A stretch of 64,000 nucleotides of DNA. Origin: Candidatus Bathyarchaeota archaeon (lineage in GTDB: Archaea > Thermoproteota > Bathyarchaeia > Bathyarchaeales > Bathycorpusculaceae). Positions within the stretch are counted from its first letter, which is position 1. Each line of letters starts with the position of its first letter. The notes beneath the pieces were generated by a model that made no database searches, was not told where the DNA came from, and saw nothing but the letters and a program-made list of their open reading frames with translations. The position numbers and the translations under genes were made by a program. Below are positions 40,389-50,644 of this stretch, piece after piece. The stretch lies in NCBI GenBank assembly GCA_963827165.1, contig CAWGZR010000005.1:512001-576000 (forward strand), given 5' to 3'.

Positions 40389-40452
40389 TTAAAGTCACCT
40401 TTATGTAATTTATGTATTAACGTTTTTTAATATAAACCGTTATTACGCCTTT

Positions 40453-42003
40453 TTATTCCCACTCAATAGTTGCCGGAGGCTTATGAGTAATATCGTACAC
40501 TATGCGAGTGACCTGCGGAATCTCGTTTGAAATCCTTGTTGAAATCTTCTCCAGGACTGGGTAAGGGATTTGGGCGAAGTTGGCGGTCATGGCTTCTCGG
40601 CTTTCCATAGCTCGAACCGCAACCACGTACCCGTAAGCTCTCGAATCCCCTTTAACGCCTGTAGCTTTAGTGTCCGTTAACACGGCAAAATACTGCCACA
40701 GGTCTTCAGCTAACCCGTTTTTCTCAATTTCCTGGCGAACAATTGCGTCAGCCTTCTTGGTTATGTCAACTTTTTCAGGCGTCAGCTCGCCAATTATTCG
40801 GACTGCCAAGCCTGGTCCGGGGAACGGTTGACGATTAACCAGTTCTTTGGGTAATCCGAGCATTTTGGCAACTTTGCGAACCTCGTCCTTATAGAGGTCG
40901 CGGAGGGGCTCCACGATTTTTTCGAATTTGATGTTTTTTGGGATTCCCGCAACGTTGTGGTGTGTTTTTATTAAGTCTGAGTTCTTTCGGCAACCCGATT
41001 CGATTCTGTCGGGGTAAATGGTTCCTTGAAGAAGGTACTTGGCACCTGATTTTTCGGCTTCTTCCTCAAAAACCCTGATGAATTCTTCGCCGATTGCCAT
41101 GCGTTTTAGTTCAGGGTCGACTATGCCTTTGAGCTTTTTCATGAAGCGCTCTTGCGCGTTGGCCATGACAAAGTTGATCGGCAACTTGCCAAACGTTTGG
41201 CAGATGGCTTCAGGTTCCCCTTCACGCATGAACCCGTGATCAACAAAAACTGCGGTTAACTTGTCGCCCAGAGCCTGAGCCGCAAGAGCCGTGGCGACGC
41301 TTGAATCGATGCCTCCACTGAGACCGATTATCGCAGTGTTGCTGCCGATTTCCGATTTGATTTCTGTAACCATTTTCCCAATTATGTCTTCCATCTTCCA
41401 GTTTGGTTGGCACTTGCATACTTCAAAAATGAAGTTTCGGAGCATAAGGGCGCCCTTCTCCGTGTGGATAACTTCAGGGTGCCACTGTAACCCGTAAATC
41501 GGCTTGGTTTTGTGCCTGAAAGCTGCAACTGGGCAGTTTTCCGTATGAGCTAAAGATTCAAAATCATCTGGAAGCGCAAAGACTGTGTCGCCATGGCTCA
41601 TCCATACTTTTTCTTTTTGGCTTAATCCTTCCAATACACCAACAGGCTTGTCAATCGCGACCTGGGCGGTTCCATATTCTTTGCATTCTGCTGGTTCAAC
41701 CTTGCCCTTGGTTAGCTGAGCTAATAGCTGATGTCCATAACATAAACCTAAAATCGGCAGATCAAGCTCTAAAATGCGCGGGTCAAGTTTGGGTGCATTC
41801 GGTTCGTAGACACTTGAGGGTCCGCCTGAAAGAATTAAGCCTTTGACGTTGAATTTTTCATTTAATGCCCTAACTTCCTGTGGGGTTATGTCGTAGGAAA
41901 CTATTTCTGAGAAGACCCCGTTTTCTCTGATTCTTCTACCGATTAGATGGCAGTATTGCCCTCCAAAGTCAAGGACAAGGATAGTGTCGTATTTTGCTTG
42001 CAT
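40453..42003 (-). CDS. guaA: GMP synthase (fused glutaminase and synthetase)
   Basis: LDFGGQY, GLCYGHQ, QWHPEV, SGGIDS and KPPATIEWE motifs. Confidence 0.96.
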   Translation of the reverse strand: MQAKYDTILVLDFGGQYCHLIGRRIRENGVFSEIVSYDITPQEVRALNEKFNVKGLILSGGPSSVYEPNAPKLDPRILELDLPILGLCYGHQLLAQLTKGKVEPAECKEYGTAQVAIDKPVGVLEGLSQKEKVWMSHGDTVFALPDDFESLAHTENCPVAAFRHKTKPIYGLQWHPEVIHTEKGALMLRNFIFEVCKCQPNWKMEDIIGKMVTEIKSEIGSNTAIIGLSGGIDSSVATALAAQALGDKLTAVFVDHGFMREGEPEAICQTFGKLPINFVMANAQERFMKKLKGIVDPELKRMAIGEEFIRVFEEEAEKSGAKYLLQGTIYPDRIESGCRKNSDLIKTHHNVAGIPKNIKFEKIVEPLRDLYKDEVRKVAKMLGLPKELVNRQPFPGPGLAVRIIGELTPEKVDITKKADAIVRQEIEKNGLAEDLWQYFAVLTDTKATGVKGDSRAYGYVVAVRAMESREAMTANFAQIPYPVLEKISTRISNEIPQVTRIVYDITHKPPATIEWE

Positions 42004-42225
42004 TTTTGCGGGTCAAACTATTGGGGCTTAAGCTAGTAATTTAAGATTGCTGTCTATTTCGCATCAAACTTCGCGGCAAATTAGTATTCAAGAAATGGTT
42101 TTCTCCTTAATGATTCATTCATTGATTGACGCAGGGAACTAAACTTTTATTAACATAATCGTACGATAATCAAAATACTGTTTCAAAAACAAGGGTTTAA
42201 TTGAAAAAACGTGCAGAATGGTGTT

Positions 42226-42672
42226 ATGATGGATTTAAATGAAACTGACCAAAAAATCCTAAAAAGCCTTCTGGAAGATGCAAGGTTTTCAAGCAGGCAA
42301 ATAGCCAAAAATGTAGGCGTTTCCGTCGGGACTGTTCTCTCCAGAATCAAAAAGATGGAGGACGAAGGCCTCATCAAAGGCTACTCCGTCATAATCGATC
42401 ATGAAAAGCTCGGTTACCAGTTGACCGTGGTGACTGAAATCACCGTTTCCAAGGGTAAACTCGTGGAAACCGAAAACGAAATAGCTAAAATCCCAAACGT
42501 TTGCAGCGTCTACGACGTAACAGGCCTAACTGACGCCATCATCGTTGCAAAGTTCAAAAGCAGAGAAGACCTCGGGCACTTCACCAAGAAACTGCTAGCG
42601 CTACCCTTCATCGAGCGAACAAACACACATGTAGTCTTAGCTACCGTTAAAGAAAACTTCCGCCTACTCTAA
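42226..42672 (+). CDS. Lrp/AsnC-family regulator
   Basis: DQKIL..L..DAR.S...IA..VGVS.GTV..RIKKME..GLIKGY, plus a RAM domain. Confidence 0.93.
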   Translation: MMDLNETDQKILKSLLEDARFSSRQIAKNVGVSVGTVLSRIKKMEDEGLIKGYSVIIDHEKLGYQLTVVTEITVSKGKLVETENEIAKIPNVCSVYDVTGLTDAIIVAKFKSREDLGHFTKKLLALPFIERTNTHVVLATVKENFRLL

Positions 42673-42776
42673 AATAACCAGTTTTCTGGTTCTTTTTTTC
42701 ACAATTTAGTAGGCGACAAGACGGGCATTTTTTCGAGTTCTTCATCGGTGGCAATCGGGACGGTTTGCTGCTAAGT

Positions 42777-42789
42777 AAAGCCTTTAAAT
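42777..42789 (+). promoter_or_regulatory. BRE/TATA promoter for tRNA-Leu
   Basis: AAAGCC-TTTAAAT about 54 nt upstream of the tRNA. Confidence 0.45.
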
Positions 42790-42842
42790 GTCAAAGCGAA
42801 TTCTATATTCCGCACCGCCTCAAACAGCTAGAAAATGTGCAT

Positions 42843-42930
42843 GCGGAGGTCGCCCAGCATGGCCAAAGGCGTAGGACTGAGGCTCCTATCCCGCAGGGGT
42901 TCGTGGGTTCAAATCCCACCCTCCGCACCA
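42843..42930 (+). tRNA. tRNA-Leu (anticodon GAG), intronless, CCA encoded
   Basis: Acceptor stem GCGGAGG/CCTCCGC, anticodon arm TAGGA-CTGAGGC-TCCTA, long variable arm, T-loop TTCAAAT and 3' ACCA. Confidence 0.95.
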
Positions 42931-42995
42931 ACCAACTATTTTTGAGGGCAAGTGAAATATAGCTTAAGCGACAATTTTGGTAGCTGGCGGTCGGT

Positions 42996-43451
42996 ATGCC
43001 GTTAACTGCAAGATACCCTTTCCGGCAGCATTTCGCTGTTTCTGCCAAAGAAGCCCTCCAATGGTGCACCAGCTTTGATCCACATGACCACGTGTTGATG
43101 GGTAATCAAGGCGTTGAGCGGCAGGTAAGCATCATTGCCGAAGGCACAATAATCCTAAAAGACCTTTTCCATAAAGCAACGGGCACAATTGAGAAGGAAA
43201 AACTCGTGCAGCTTTACCCCGATCAGTTGTCATGGGTATCCACGCATTTGACAGGACCAAACAGGTACTCTCAGTTCCTCTACAAAATCTCAGCCGACGG
43301 CAAAGAAGGTTCGATTTTAGATTTCACGGGGCTACATTTAGGTTATGTGGTCAAGATAGGTGCCGAAGAACTAGCCCAAAAACTCTGCGCCGACGACGCG
43401 GCTGCCTGGAAGCTTTTGGCAAAAGCGATTGAAAAAGAGCCGGAAAAATAA
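42996..43451 (+). CDS. Hypothetical protein, possibly SRPBCC/START-like fold
   Basis: 151-aa ORF with a beta-rich core and a C-terminal helix (W..LA.AIE). Confidence 0.6.
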   Translation: MPLTARYPFRQHFAVSAKEALQWCTSFDPHDHVLMGNQGVERQVSIIAEGTIILKDLFHKATGTIEKEKLVQLYPDQLSWVSTHLTGPNRYSQFLYKISADGKEGSILDFTGLHLGYVVKIGAEELAQKLCADDAAAWKLLAKAIEKEPEK

Positions 43452-43458
43452 TGTCTTT

Positions 43459-44004
43459 TTAATTAACTGTGCGAGTTGCCTCCGCTTGGACAAACTCTTT
43501 TCTGGATGCCACAATGAAAACCACGCTTACTACTAGAAGGGTTGTTACGGGTAAGCCAAACTGCATGTAAGACATTAACGAGGTGGGCTCTGTTAACTCA
43601 ATAAAGAGCATCGTTAAAACTCCAGCGAAAAGCAAAAGGATTGGACCAGCAACTGAAAACCTAAAGCGCTCTCTCTTCGCCGCAAAAGATCCAGCTTGCA
43701 AATTGACTGCAAAGCAAGAAATGCCCACAACACCGACGGTTAGAGTTTGGAACACATATGGGTTATTGTTGAATTGGAAGCTTGTGACTCGGAAGTAGCA
43801 GAAGGTGATAAATGGGATTATTTCGAAGAGACTTATAAAAAAAATTGCAAATCCGCTAATTAATGCTAGAACTCTTCCTGTAGTCGAAAGGAGTTTACGT
43901 TTTTGTAGCGAGTAGGATTCAATCGGTACATTTTCAATTTTAGGCAAATTTGGCTCTTTTGAGAACCAAGCTTTGATTTTATTCAGAGTTGCTTTTGGAT
44001 CCAC
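43459..44004 (-). CDS. Hypothetical membrane protein (about 4 TM)
   Basis: Four hydrophobic segments. Confidence 0.65.
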   Translation of the reverse strand: MDPKATLNKIKAWFSKEPNLPKIENVPIESYSLQKRKLLSTTGRVLALISGFAIFFISLFEIIPFITFCYFRVTSFQFNNNPYVFQTLTVGVVGISCFAVNLQAGSFAAKRERFRFSVAGPILLLFAGVLTMLFIELTEPTSLMSYMQFGLPVTTLLVVSVVFIVASRKEFVQAEATRTVN

Positions 44005-44072
44005 TCCTTCGCCTCCACGACATTATCCCTGCTCGAGGTAAATAAGCGACAACGATGCAAATTCTCATGATG

Positions 44073-46025
44073 CTACATTTTGTCTGGCGCAACAACCCCG
44101 ATGAGCGTTAATGCATTGTGCATCACGATTTCTATTGCTTGCGTCAATGTGAGGCGCGCGTCAATGAGACCTTCTGAATCCGCTTTCAGCACGGGCAGCG
44201 CATTGTAGAATGTGTTGAATTTGTCAGCCAGCGCGTTCGCATAGTCCGCGATTAGGTTGGGTTTTAGGTATTCTGTGGCTTCGGCGAAGGCATCCGGGAA
44301 CCCTGCGAGATTCATCACCAGTTCGCGTTCGAGCTTCTCCACAAGAAGTTCGTAAGCGGGCGCCTCTGGTTCTCGTTCGGCTTTCCGTAGGATGCTGCAG
44401 GCTCTTGCGTGGGTGTATTGGACGTATGGTGCGCTGTTAGTTTCAAAGTTGAGCACACGTTCCCAGGTGAAGACAACTGGTTTCGATGGGTCAACGTCGA
44501 CCAGGGCGTAGCGGACGGCGCCTAAGCCGACGAAGTTGGCGATTTTTCGTTTCTCCTCATCAGAAAGCATCGGTGAACGCTTCGAAACCTCTTCGTAAGC
44601 TCGTTGGACCGCTTCGTCTAGTACGTCGTCGAAAGTGATGTAGTGTCCTCGACGGCTGCTCATCTTGTAACCGGGCAATGTGACTAGGTTGTAGGCGAAA
44701 TGCACTAGGTTGTCAGCGTACGCGCCATCGCCTAATGCATAGAGAGCAATCTTAAGCTGTAGCTGCGCCAGCGACTGCTCCATGCCGATAATGTTTATGA
44801 CTTTCTGTGCGCGCTTGAACTTCCAAAGAGTGTAGGCTATGTCGCGTGTCGTGTACAGGGTGGTGCCGTCGGCGCGTCCAAGTGTCAGAGGCGGGACCTC
44901 ATTGTTCTCGCTCAAACCCAATTTTCCCTTTAAATCCAAGACCTGAATAACTTTCTCGGCGTCAAATTCGACCACGCCTTTCTCGCTAAAGACAAACGGG
45001 GATGTCTTAAGCTTCTGCAGAACTTCACTGACTTGTGTGCTCCATACAAAATCGCTTTCCCAATCCCAACTGTCGTAGGTGACTCCGACACGCTTCATGG
45101 TTTCGCGAAAGCCCTCAAGGCATAAGTCGCTGACTTCGCGGATAAGCTGCTTAGCATGGGGTTCCCCGTCTTCGTAGGCGCGGTTAAGTCTGTTGATTTC
45201 TTCCTCGGGGTTCGCATCCATCCCGATTTTATTCGTTAAAGCTTCAAACAACGCTGGATGTTTCTCTTTGAGCTCCGCGGCAATCGACATCCACTCATCG
45301 ATGTCTTTGTTCACCTTCGCCAGATCATCCACAGAATTTACTGCGATGGCCAAGTCTCGTGCCCTCTTCAATCGGTTAATTTCGACGAGACAACTAGTCA
45401 CCGTGTAAATTTTGCCTACGAAAAGGTCCGGTTTCTCAGTAGGTTTGGGTCTGCCCAGCTTATCGTACCCATAAGCTACCACTGACGATTGCCTGCCCAC
45501 GTCATCTATGTAATAGTGACGTGAGACTTTGTGCCCCCTGGATTCCAAGATACGTGCCAGTGCATCGCCAAGCATCGGGTTCCTAGCTTGCCCAATATGA
45601 ATTGGGTGAAGCGGGTTGACGCTGGTGTGCTCAACAATGATTTTGGTCGGCTGAGAGGTTTTGACGAATCCATATTCAAATTTAAATTCCTTGATTGATT
45701 CCAATGTTAGAGCTGAAAACTTTGAAAAGTTAACGTGAAAATTAAGGTAGCCCGCGCCCGCGCAGGAAACCCTTTCAATTAAATTGAAGCTTGACGAATC
45801 GATCGCAGCGGCAAGATGTTCCGCAACGGCGAGCGGCTTCTGATTAAGCTTCTTCGCCAATTCAAAGCAGAGCGATGAAGCAAGTTGACCGTACTCGATG
45901 TTGGGAGTCCCGTTTAGCGTTATGTTTGGCATCCTTATTTCCGGTAGAGCCTTCTTGATGGCGTTAGCTAGTGCCGTTTGGCATTCATTGCGGAATTGTT
46001 CGAATGGGTTTTCTGCAATCATCAT
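44073..46025 (-). CDS. argS: Arginine--tRNA ligase
   Basis: EHTSVNP..PIHIGQARN, KMSSRRG and APYVQYTHAR motifs. Confidence 0.96.
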   Translation of the reverse strand: MMIAENPFEQFRNECQTALANAIKKALPEIRMPNITLNGTPNIEYGQLASSLCFELAKKLNQKPLAVAEHLAAAIDSSSFNLIERVSCAGAGYLNFHVNFSKFSALTLESIKEFKFEYGFVKTSQPTKIIVEHTSVNPLHPIHIGQARNPMLGDALARILESRGHKVSRHYYIDDVGRQSSVVAYGYDKLGRPKPTEKPDLFVGKIYTVTSCLVEINRLKRARDLAIAVNSVDDLAKVNKDIDEWMSIAAELKEKHPALFEALTNKIGMDANPEEEINRLNRAYEDGEPHAKQLIREVSDLCLEGFRETMKRVGVTYDSWDWESDFVWSTQVSEVLQKLKTSPFVFSEKGVVEFDAEKVIQVLDLKGKLGLSENNEVPPLTLGRADGTTLYTTRDIAYTLWKFKRAQKVINIIGMEQSLAQLQLKIALYALGDGAYADNLVHFAYNLVTLPGYKMSSRRGHYITFDDVLDEAVQRAYEEVSKRSPMLSDEEKRKIANFVGLGAVRYALVDVDPSKPVVFTWERVLNFETNSAPYVQYTHARACSILRKAEREPEAPAYELLVEKLERELVMNLAGFPDAFAEATEYLKPNLIADYANALADKFNTFYNALPVLKADSEGLIDARLTLTQAIEIVMHNALTLIGVVAPDKM

Positions 46026-46097
46026 TTTTTCTCCGTTTGATTCGGATGTTTGATTGATTCGTTATGTTTTAAAGTTAAATCGTTACTTATCAGTGTA

Positions 46098-46961
46098 ATG
46101 GATGCAGTAACCTTGAACACCAAAATTGTGTATTCTGAAAAATGTTTGGGCTACGGCGCATGGCACATTGAAGGACCCCAAAGAGTTAAGGTAGCGGCTG
46201 AAATTTTGAAGGACAAAGGCTACGAGTTTCTAGAGCCGACGCCTGGAACTGAAGAAGATCTGCTATTAGTTCACGACCCAGAATATCTATGGAAACTCAA
46301 AAAAGGCTTAGTAGAGGACGCGGATACACCAGCTTACAGCAACATCTACGAATATGCCCGCCTTTCAGTCGGTGGCGCCCTCCTAGCCAGCCAAATCCAC
46401 GGTTTCTCCCTTATGCGACCCCCAGGACACCATGTTGGACGATATGGCGCAGCATTGGGCGTCTACACACGTGGATTTTGCTATCTAAATAACATTGCAA
46501 TAGCAGTCAAAAAACTTGGCAAGAAAACTTTGATTTTGGACATTGATGGGCACCATGGGAATGGAACCCAAGAATTTTTCCAAGGAGACGACCAAGTCAC
46601 ATACCTTTCCCTGCATCAATCGCCCAACTACCCGGGAACCGGCGATTTTTCAGAGGGAAACTGCATCAACTATGTTTTGCCGTCGAACGCCCAAGGCAAA
46701 CTATATTTCGAAACGCTTGATAGCGCCATCGCAAAGGTTGATTTCGCCAAAGTCGAAGTCGTCGCGGTTTCTTCCGGTTTTGACACTCACGTCGGTGATC
46801 TAGCGACTTTAGGTTTGGTTGAAATTGACTATTGGCAGATCGGAAAGAGAATTGCACAGATGAAAAAGCCCGTTTTCTTTGTATTGGAAGGCGGCTACGC
46901 GGGTGAAAAGGTCGGTCTAGACATAGATAGCCTATTGAGAGGTTATGAAGAAAACAAATAG
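46098..46961 (+). CDS. Histone deacetylase / acetylpolyamine amidohydrolase-family protein
   Basis: RPPGHH, GFCYLNN, DIDGHHGNGTQ, YPGTG, GFD and LEGGY motifs. Confidence 0.9.
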   Translation: MDAVTLNTKIVYSEKCLGYGAWHIEGPQRVKVAAEILKDKGYEFLEPTPGTEEDLLLVHDPEYLWKLKKGLVEDADTPAYSNIYEYARLSVGGALLASQIHGFSLMRPPGHHVGRYGAALGVYTRGFCYLNNIAIAVKKLGKKTLILDIDGHHGNGTQEFFQGDDQVTYLSLHQSPNYPGTGDFSEGNCINYVLPSNAQGKLYFETLDSAIAKVDFAKVEVVAVSSGFDTHVGDLATLGLVEIDYWQIGKRIAQMKKPVFFVLEGGYAGEKVGLDIDSLLRGYEENK

Positions 46962-46971
46962 TGCGAGAAGG

Positions 46972-47646
46972 CTATTGCTCCTTCTTTTGCCTTGCTTCCA
47001 TGGTCTTTCTGTTTAGTTTTTCAAGCGTGGTTGAAACTTTTTCGGATCGTTTCTCTGCTGCGGCCAAAAGCGGTTTCCAATCCTTATTTTTCGCCAACGT
47101 ACTCAAGTGTTCACATTGCGTAGCAAGTTGTGCGAGTGCATCATTGAAGCGTTTGTCTGCTTCCTCATCAGACTCCACGATTTCTAGAGCTTCTTCGGGG
47201 CATGCTTCCTTGCATTTAGGTTCGCCTTGGCATAGGTCGCATGCTATGGCTTTTCCAGATTCTGGGTTTATTGTGATTCCACCGTGTTCGCAGGCCTGGA
47301 CGCACCAGTCGCAGCCTTTGCATGCTTTATCATCGATTACAAGTAAGCCGGTGTCCTCTGATTGAATAATTGCGTGTTCGGGGCATGCTTTAACGCATCG
47401 CGCATCTTTGCATCCTCGGCAGGATAAGGCAAAGTTGAAGACAGGTGTCATACGAACAACACGGATCCTCGATCTCATCGGGTTCCAAACTGCTTCTCCC
47501 TTCTCTACTGTGCAAGCATACTCGCAGATTCCACAGCCAATACATTTGGCTGGGTCAACCGAGACGAATTTTCTTTTCTGTTCTGTTTTGGCAGTCTGCA
47601 TTTTAGCGACCAAACCTTTCTTGGTGTTAGGTAGTTTGTGCATCAT
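46972..47646 (-). CDS. 4x[4Fe-4S] electron-transfer protein (CooF/DmsB-like)
   Basis: CIGCGICEYAC, CRGCKDARCVKACP, CKGCDWCVQAC and CDLCQGEPKCKEACP motifs. Confidence 0.88.
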   Translation of the reverse strand: MMHKLPNTKKGLVAKMQTAKTEQKRKFVSVDPAKCIGCGICEYACTVEKGEAVWNPMRSRIRVVRMTPVFNFALSCRGCKDARCVKACPEHAIIQSEDTGLLVIDDKACKGCDWCVQACEHGGITINPESGKAIACDLCQGEPKCKEACPEEALEIVESDEEADKRFNDALAQLATQCEHLSTLAKNKDWKPLLAAAEKRSEKVSTTLEKLNRKTMEARQKKEQ

Positions 47647-47871
47647 TTGCCTTTTAACCGTTGCTTAAGAAAACCAGTTTTTTGATGGAAAAAAATCTCT
47701 GCTTGGGCTTCTTTTCAACTATATTGCCTGTTATCGCATAGGGTTTCTATGCCTTCCGATGCAACGACTGGAGGGTTTTGGCGGTTTATCTGTTAATAAA
47801 GCGTTATCTGTGCCTTTTCAGTATGACAAATTTCATATACAAGCCGAATAATTTAAAACGGGGTGTACGAT

Positions 47872-48936
47872 ATGAGCGAATCATACTTCAAAAAGAAACT
47901 TGAACCAATCAAGGTTAAACAAAAAAGCATATCTCAGCTTCTTTCTGAAATGGGAAGAACCGCTTACCAAGGGCGCAAACTCGGCGAAGCGGTAGATGTC
48001 TGGGAAAACATGCTTAAAGAAAAAGATCTGACCATCGCCATGGGTTTCGCGGGCTCGATGAGTACGGCGGGGCAGTGGACAATCATCAATTGGCTTATTG
48101 AGAATCGTTTCATCGATGTGTTGGTTTCCACAGGCGCCAACGTTTCAGAGGATATAGTTGATGCAATGGGATTGGGTTATTGGCAGGGAAGCCACATGGT
48201 TGACGATTCAGCCCTGCTTAAAGCTGACGTTAACAGGTACTATGACGTTTTCGGGAAAGAAACAGACTACCGAAAAATGGAGGAACTAGTCACAGACTTC
48301 GTCATGACCTGCAAAACAGACTATTACTACACGTCGGCTGAATTTCTCTATCTGCTTGGGAAATATCTTGGCAAGAAAAAGATTCCCGCAATCTCCGCCA
48401 TCGCGGCTGCAAACGGAGTTCCAATATTCAGTCCAGCCATGGTTGATAGCGCCTACGGCGAAACCTTCCTTATGGCCAAGAACCAGGGACACAGCGTTCA
48501 CATTGACTCCGTCAGGGAATTCGACGAGTTCATCAGCATAGGGACCAAAACCAAAGATGTTGGTGTCGTCTACATAGGCGGAGGCGTACCCAAAGACCTC
48601 ACCCAACTCATCGCTATATCCGTCTCGCCCCTCACAGAAGATCAAGGCGTCAAAGGCAGAAAAGGCGGCTTACGCAAAGGTCTACAGGAATACTACTACC
48701 CCCACAAATACGCGATACAAATAACCACCGACTCACAGCAGTGGGGCGGCTTAAGCGGTTGCACACTCGAAGAAGCCATCAGCTGGGGAAAAATCAACAG
48801 CCAAGAAGGAACCAGAGCAGTGTGTTACTGCGACGCAACCATCGCGCTGCCACTAATAGCCCACGCACTATGCGAGAGAGTTCCAGAAAAACGCAAAGGA
48901 CCCGACATGAGCTGGCTATTCAAAGGCGTAACCTAA
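47872..48936 (+). CDS. Deoxyhypusine synthase-family protein (paralog A)
   Basis: VSTGAN, GGGVPKD, WGGLSGCTLEEAISWGKI and DATIALP motifs. Confidence 0.9.
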   Translation: MSESYFKKKLEPIKVKQKSISQLLSEMGRTAYQGRKLGEAVDVWENMLKEKDLTIAMGFAGSMSTAGQWTIINWLIENRFIDVLVSTGANVSEDIVDAMGLGYWQGSHMVDDSALLKADVNRYYDVFGKETDYRKMEELVTDFVMTCKTDYYYTSAEFLYLLGKYLGKKKIPAISAIAAANGVPIFSPAMVDSAYGETFLMAKNQGHSVHIDSVREFDEFISIGTKTKDVGVVYIGGGVPKDLTQLIAISVSPLTEDQGVKGRKGGLRKGLQEYYYPHKYAIQITTDSQQWGGLSGCTLEEAISWGKINSQEGTRAVCYCDATIALPLIAHALCERVPEKRKGPDMSWLFKGVT

Positions 48937-48959
48937 GTTTTTTCGACAAACAAAGGCGC

Positions 48960-50462
48960 CTAAGTCGGAGGCCCTTTTGTGTTCCTTTCAATTTGCCTCC
49001 AGGCGTCCTTTCCGCCAAGGTAAGATAGGAATGCCGCGACTAGTAGAAGTAGAATTGAGGAAATAAACGCGGCGTCAATTCCCGTTAGAAACGTTTGTGA
49101 CACTCCACCCGACAAGTTTGTTGTTCCGATGAAAACTTGGAACGCAACGCCTCTGGGTATTGTCGCAGACGCAACAGATATGGCAAGAACAAAACTGCCG
49201 AGCAGCCCGACATTTTGAATAGTTCTCAAAAGTCCCGAGAGGCTTCCGTACGCGCCGGGTTTGGCGTTTGACATAACTGCGTTGAAGTTTGCAGGGAAAA
49301 ACATGGAGGCGCCAACTCCCGAGACTGCCGAAGCAACAATAACTATTGCTAAGGAAGAGTCAACTTTCATTGTGAGAAATACTAACGTGGCGATAATTAG
49401 GGAAATCGCGCCTAAAGTTGTCAAGTTTCTTGTGCCATATTTGTCAGATAATCTCCCCATTACTGGACTGAGAAAGCTTCCAGCAACATAACCCGGTACA
49501 AGAAGTAGTGATGCGTTTAACGGCGAAAGAGCCCTTATTCCCTGCAGATACATGATTACCAAGAAAATAACCGCTAAATATCCCAAGCTGGTAAAAAACA
49601 GTGCGGCCACGGAATTTCTTAAGACTTTGTTCTTGAATGATTGAAAATCGATAGTTGGGCTTTTTCTGCTGTGGTCATAAATAAGAAAAACAATTATCAA
49701 GGCCCCTCCAACTGCCATTTCAAAGGCGTTACCAAATGTTATTCCTGAGGCGGCGTACCCTGTCGCGCCGTAAGATAGAATTCCGAGAGCACCGCCGAAG
49801 ATTAGCATTCCAACTATGTCAATTTTAGCTATGACGCGATAGGTGTCCTGAAGGTACCTTAACCCGATAGCGATGGCGATTATTCCGATTGGGGCGTTTA
49901 TGAAGAAAATATATTGCCAACCCACAAAAGTCGTTATGACTCCACCCAATACAATTCCAACAATCGCGCCCACCGTGAAGCCTAAAGCGTTGAATCCGAA
50001 TGCTCTCCCTCTTATTTCTCTGGGGAAGACATCTGAAATGATCGCACTGCTGTTTGATTGTATCAGCGAACCGCCTACGGCCTGTATAATTCTGAACCCT
50101 ATTAACAGACCGATTGACGTAGAAAAGCCGCATAAGACTGAGCCGACTGTGAATATTATGAATCCTACATTGAATATTTTGCTTCTTCCGTAAAGGTCAC
50201 CCAAACGCCCGAATTGAGTAGTAGTAACAGCCAAAACCAAAAGATAAGCCAAGATTATCCAAAGCGTTGTTATGAAATCGGAATGCAGTTTGGCGGTTAT
50301 GGTGGGAAAGGCCAGAAGTACGATTGTGCTATCGACGGCCCCCATCAAAGTACCAACAACCATGACTGACAAGATTATGTTTCGGTTTTTCGCGAACCTC
50401 TCTGTGGGTAACATCTTGCTCTGTTCGTCTTGGCTTTTCACTTTAGGCGAATTTGACTGCAA
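48960..50462 (-). CDS. MFS transporter (DHA2/EmrB-like, about 14 TM)
   Basis: D.TIV..A.P, GRLGDLYGR and WQYIFFINAPIG motifs. Confidence 0.9.
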   Translation of the reverse strand: MQSNSPKVKSQDEQSKMLPTERFAKNRNIILSVMVVGTLMGAVDSTIVLLAFPTITAKLHSDFITTLWIILAYLLVLAVTTTQFGRLGDLYGRSKIFNVGFIIFTVGSVLCGFSTSIGLLIGFRIIQAVGGSLIQSNSSAIISDVFPREIRGRAFGFNALGFTVGAIVGIVLGGVITTFVGWQYIFFINAPIGIIAIAIGLRYLQDTYRVIAKIDIVGMLIFGGALGILSYGATGYAASGITFGNAFEMAVGGALIIVFLIYDHSRKSPTIDFQSFKNKVLRNSVAALFFTSLGYLAVIFLVIMYLQGIRALSPLNASLLLVPGYVAGSFLSPVMGRLSDKYGTRNLTTLGAISLIIATLVFLTMKVDSSLAIVIVASAVSGVGASMFFPANFNAVMSNAKPGAYGSLSGLLRTIQNVGLLGSFVLAISVASATIPRGVAFQVFIGTTNLSGGVSQTFLTGIDAAFISSILLLLVAAFLSYLGGKDAWRQIERNTKGPPT

Positions 50463-50644
50463 AAGAAAACTTTCCTTCCAATCTTACAAATCGAATCTTG
50501 ACTTCATAAGGTTGTGTGACTGCTCCGCAACAACAGCGTCCGTATTTCTTTTAAGCCCAAGCGGTCAAAGCCATTATTTTTTTTTACTTTTACTTTGGCT
50601 TTTCCCAGAAAAAACTCGTTCTGACAATCGCATAGAAGTTAGCG

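Noticed and set aside
42843-44004. Integrated element at tRNA-Leu
   Set aside because: No integrase and no convincing downstream duplication of the tRNA 3' end were seen.
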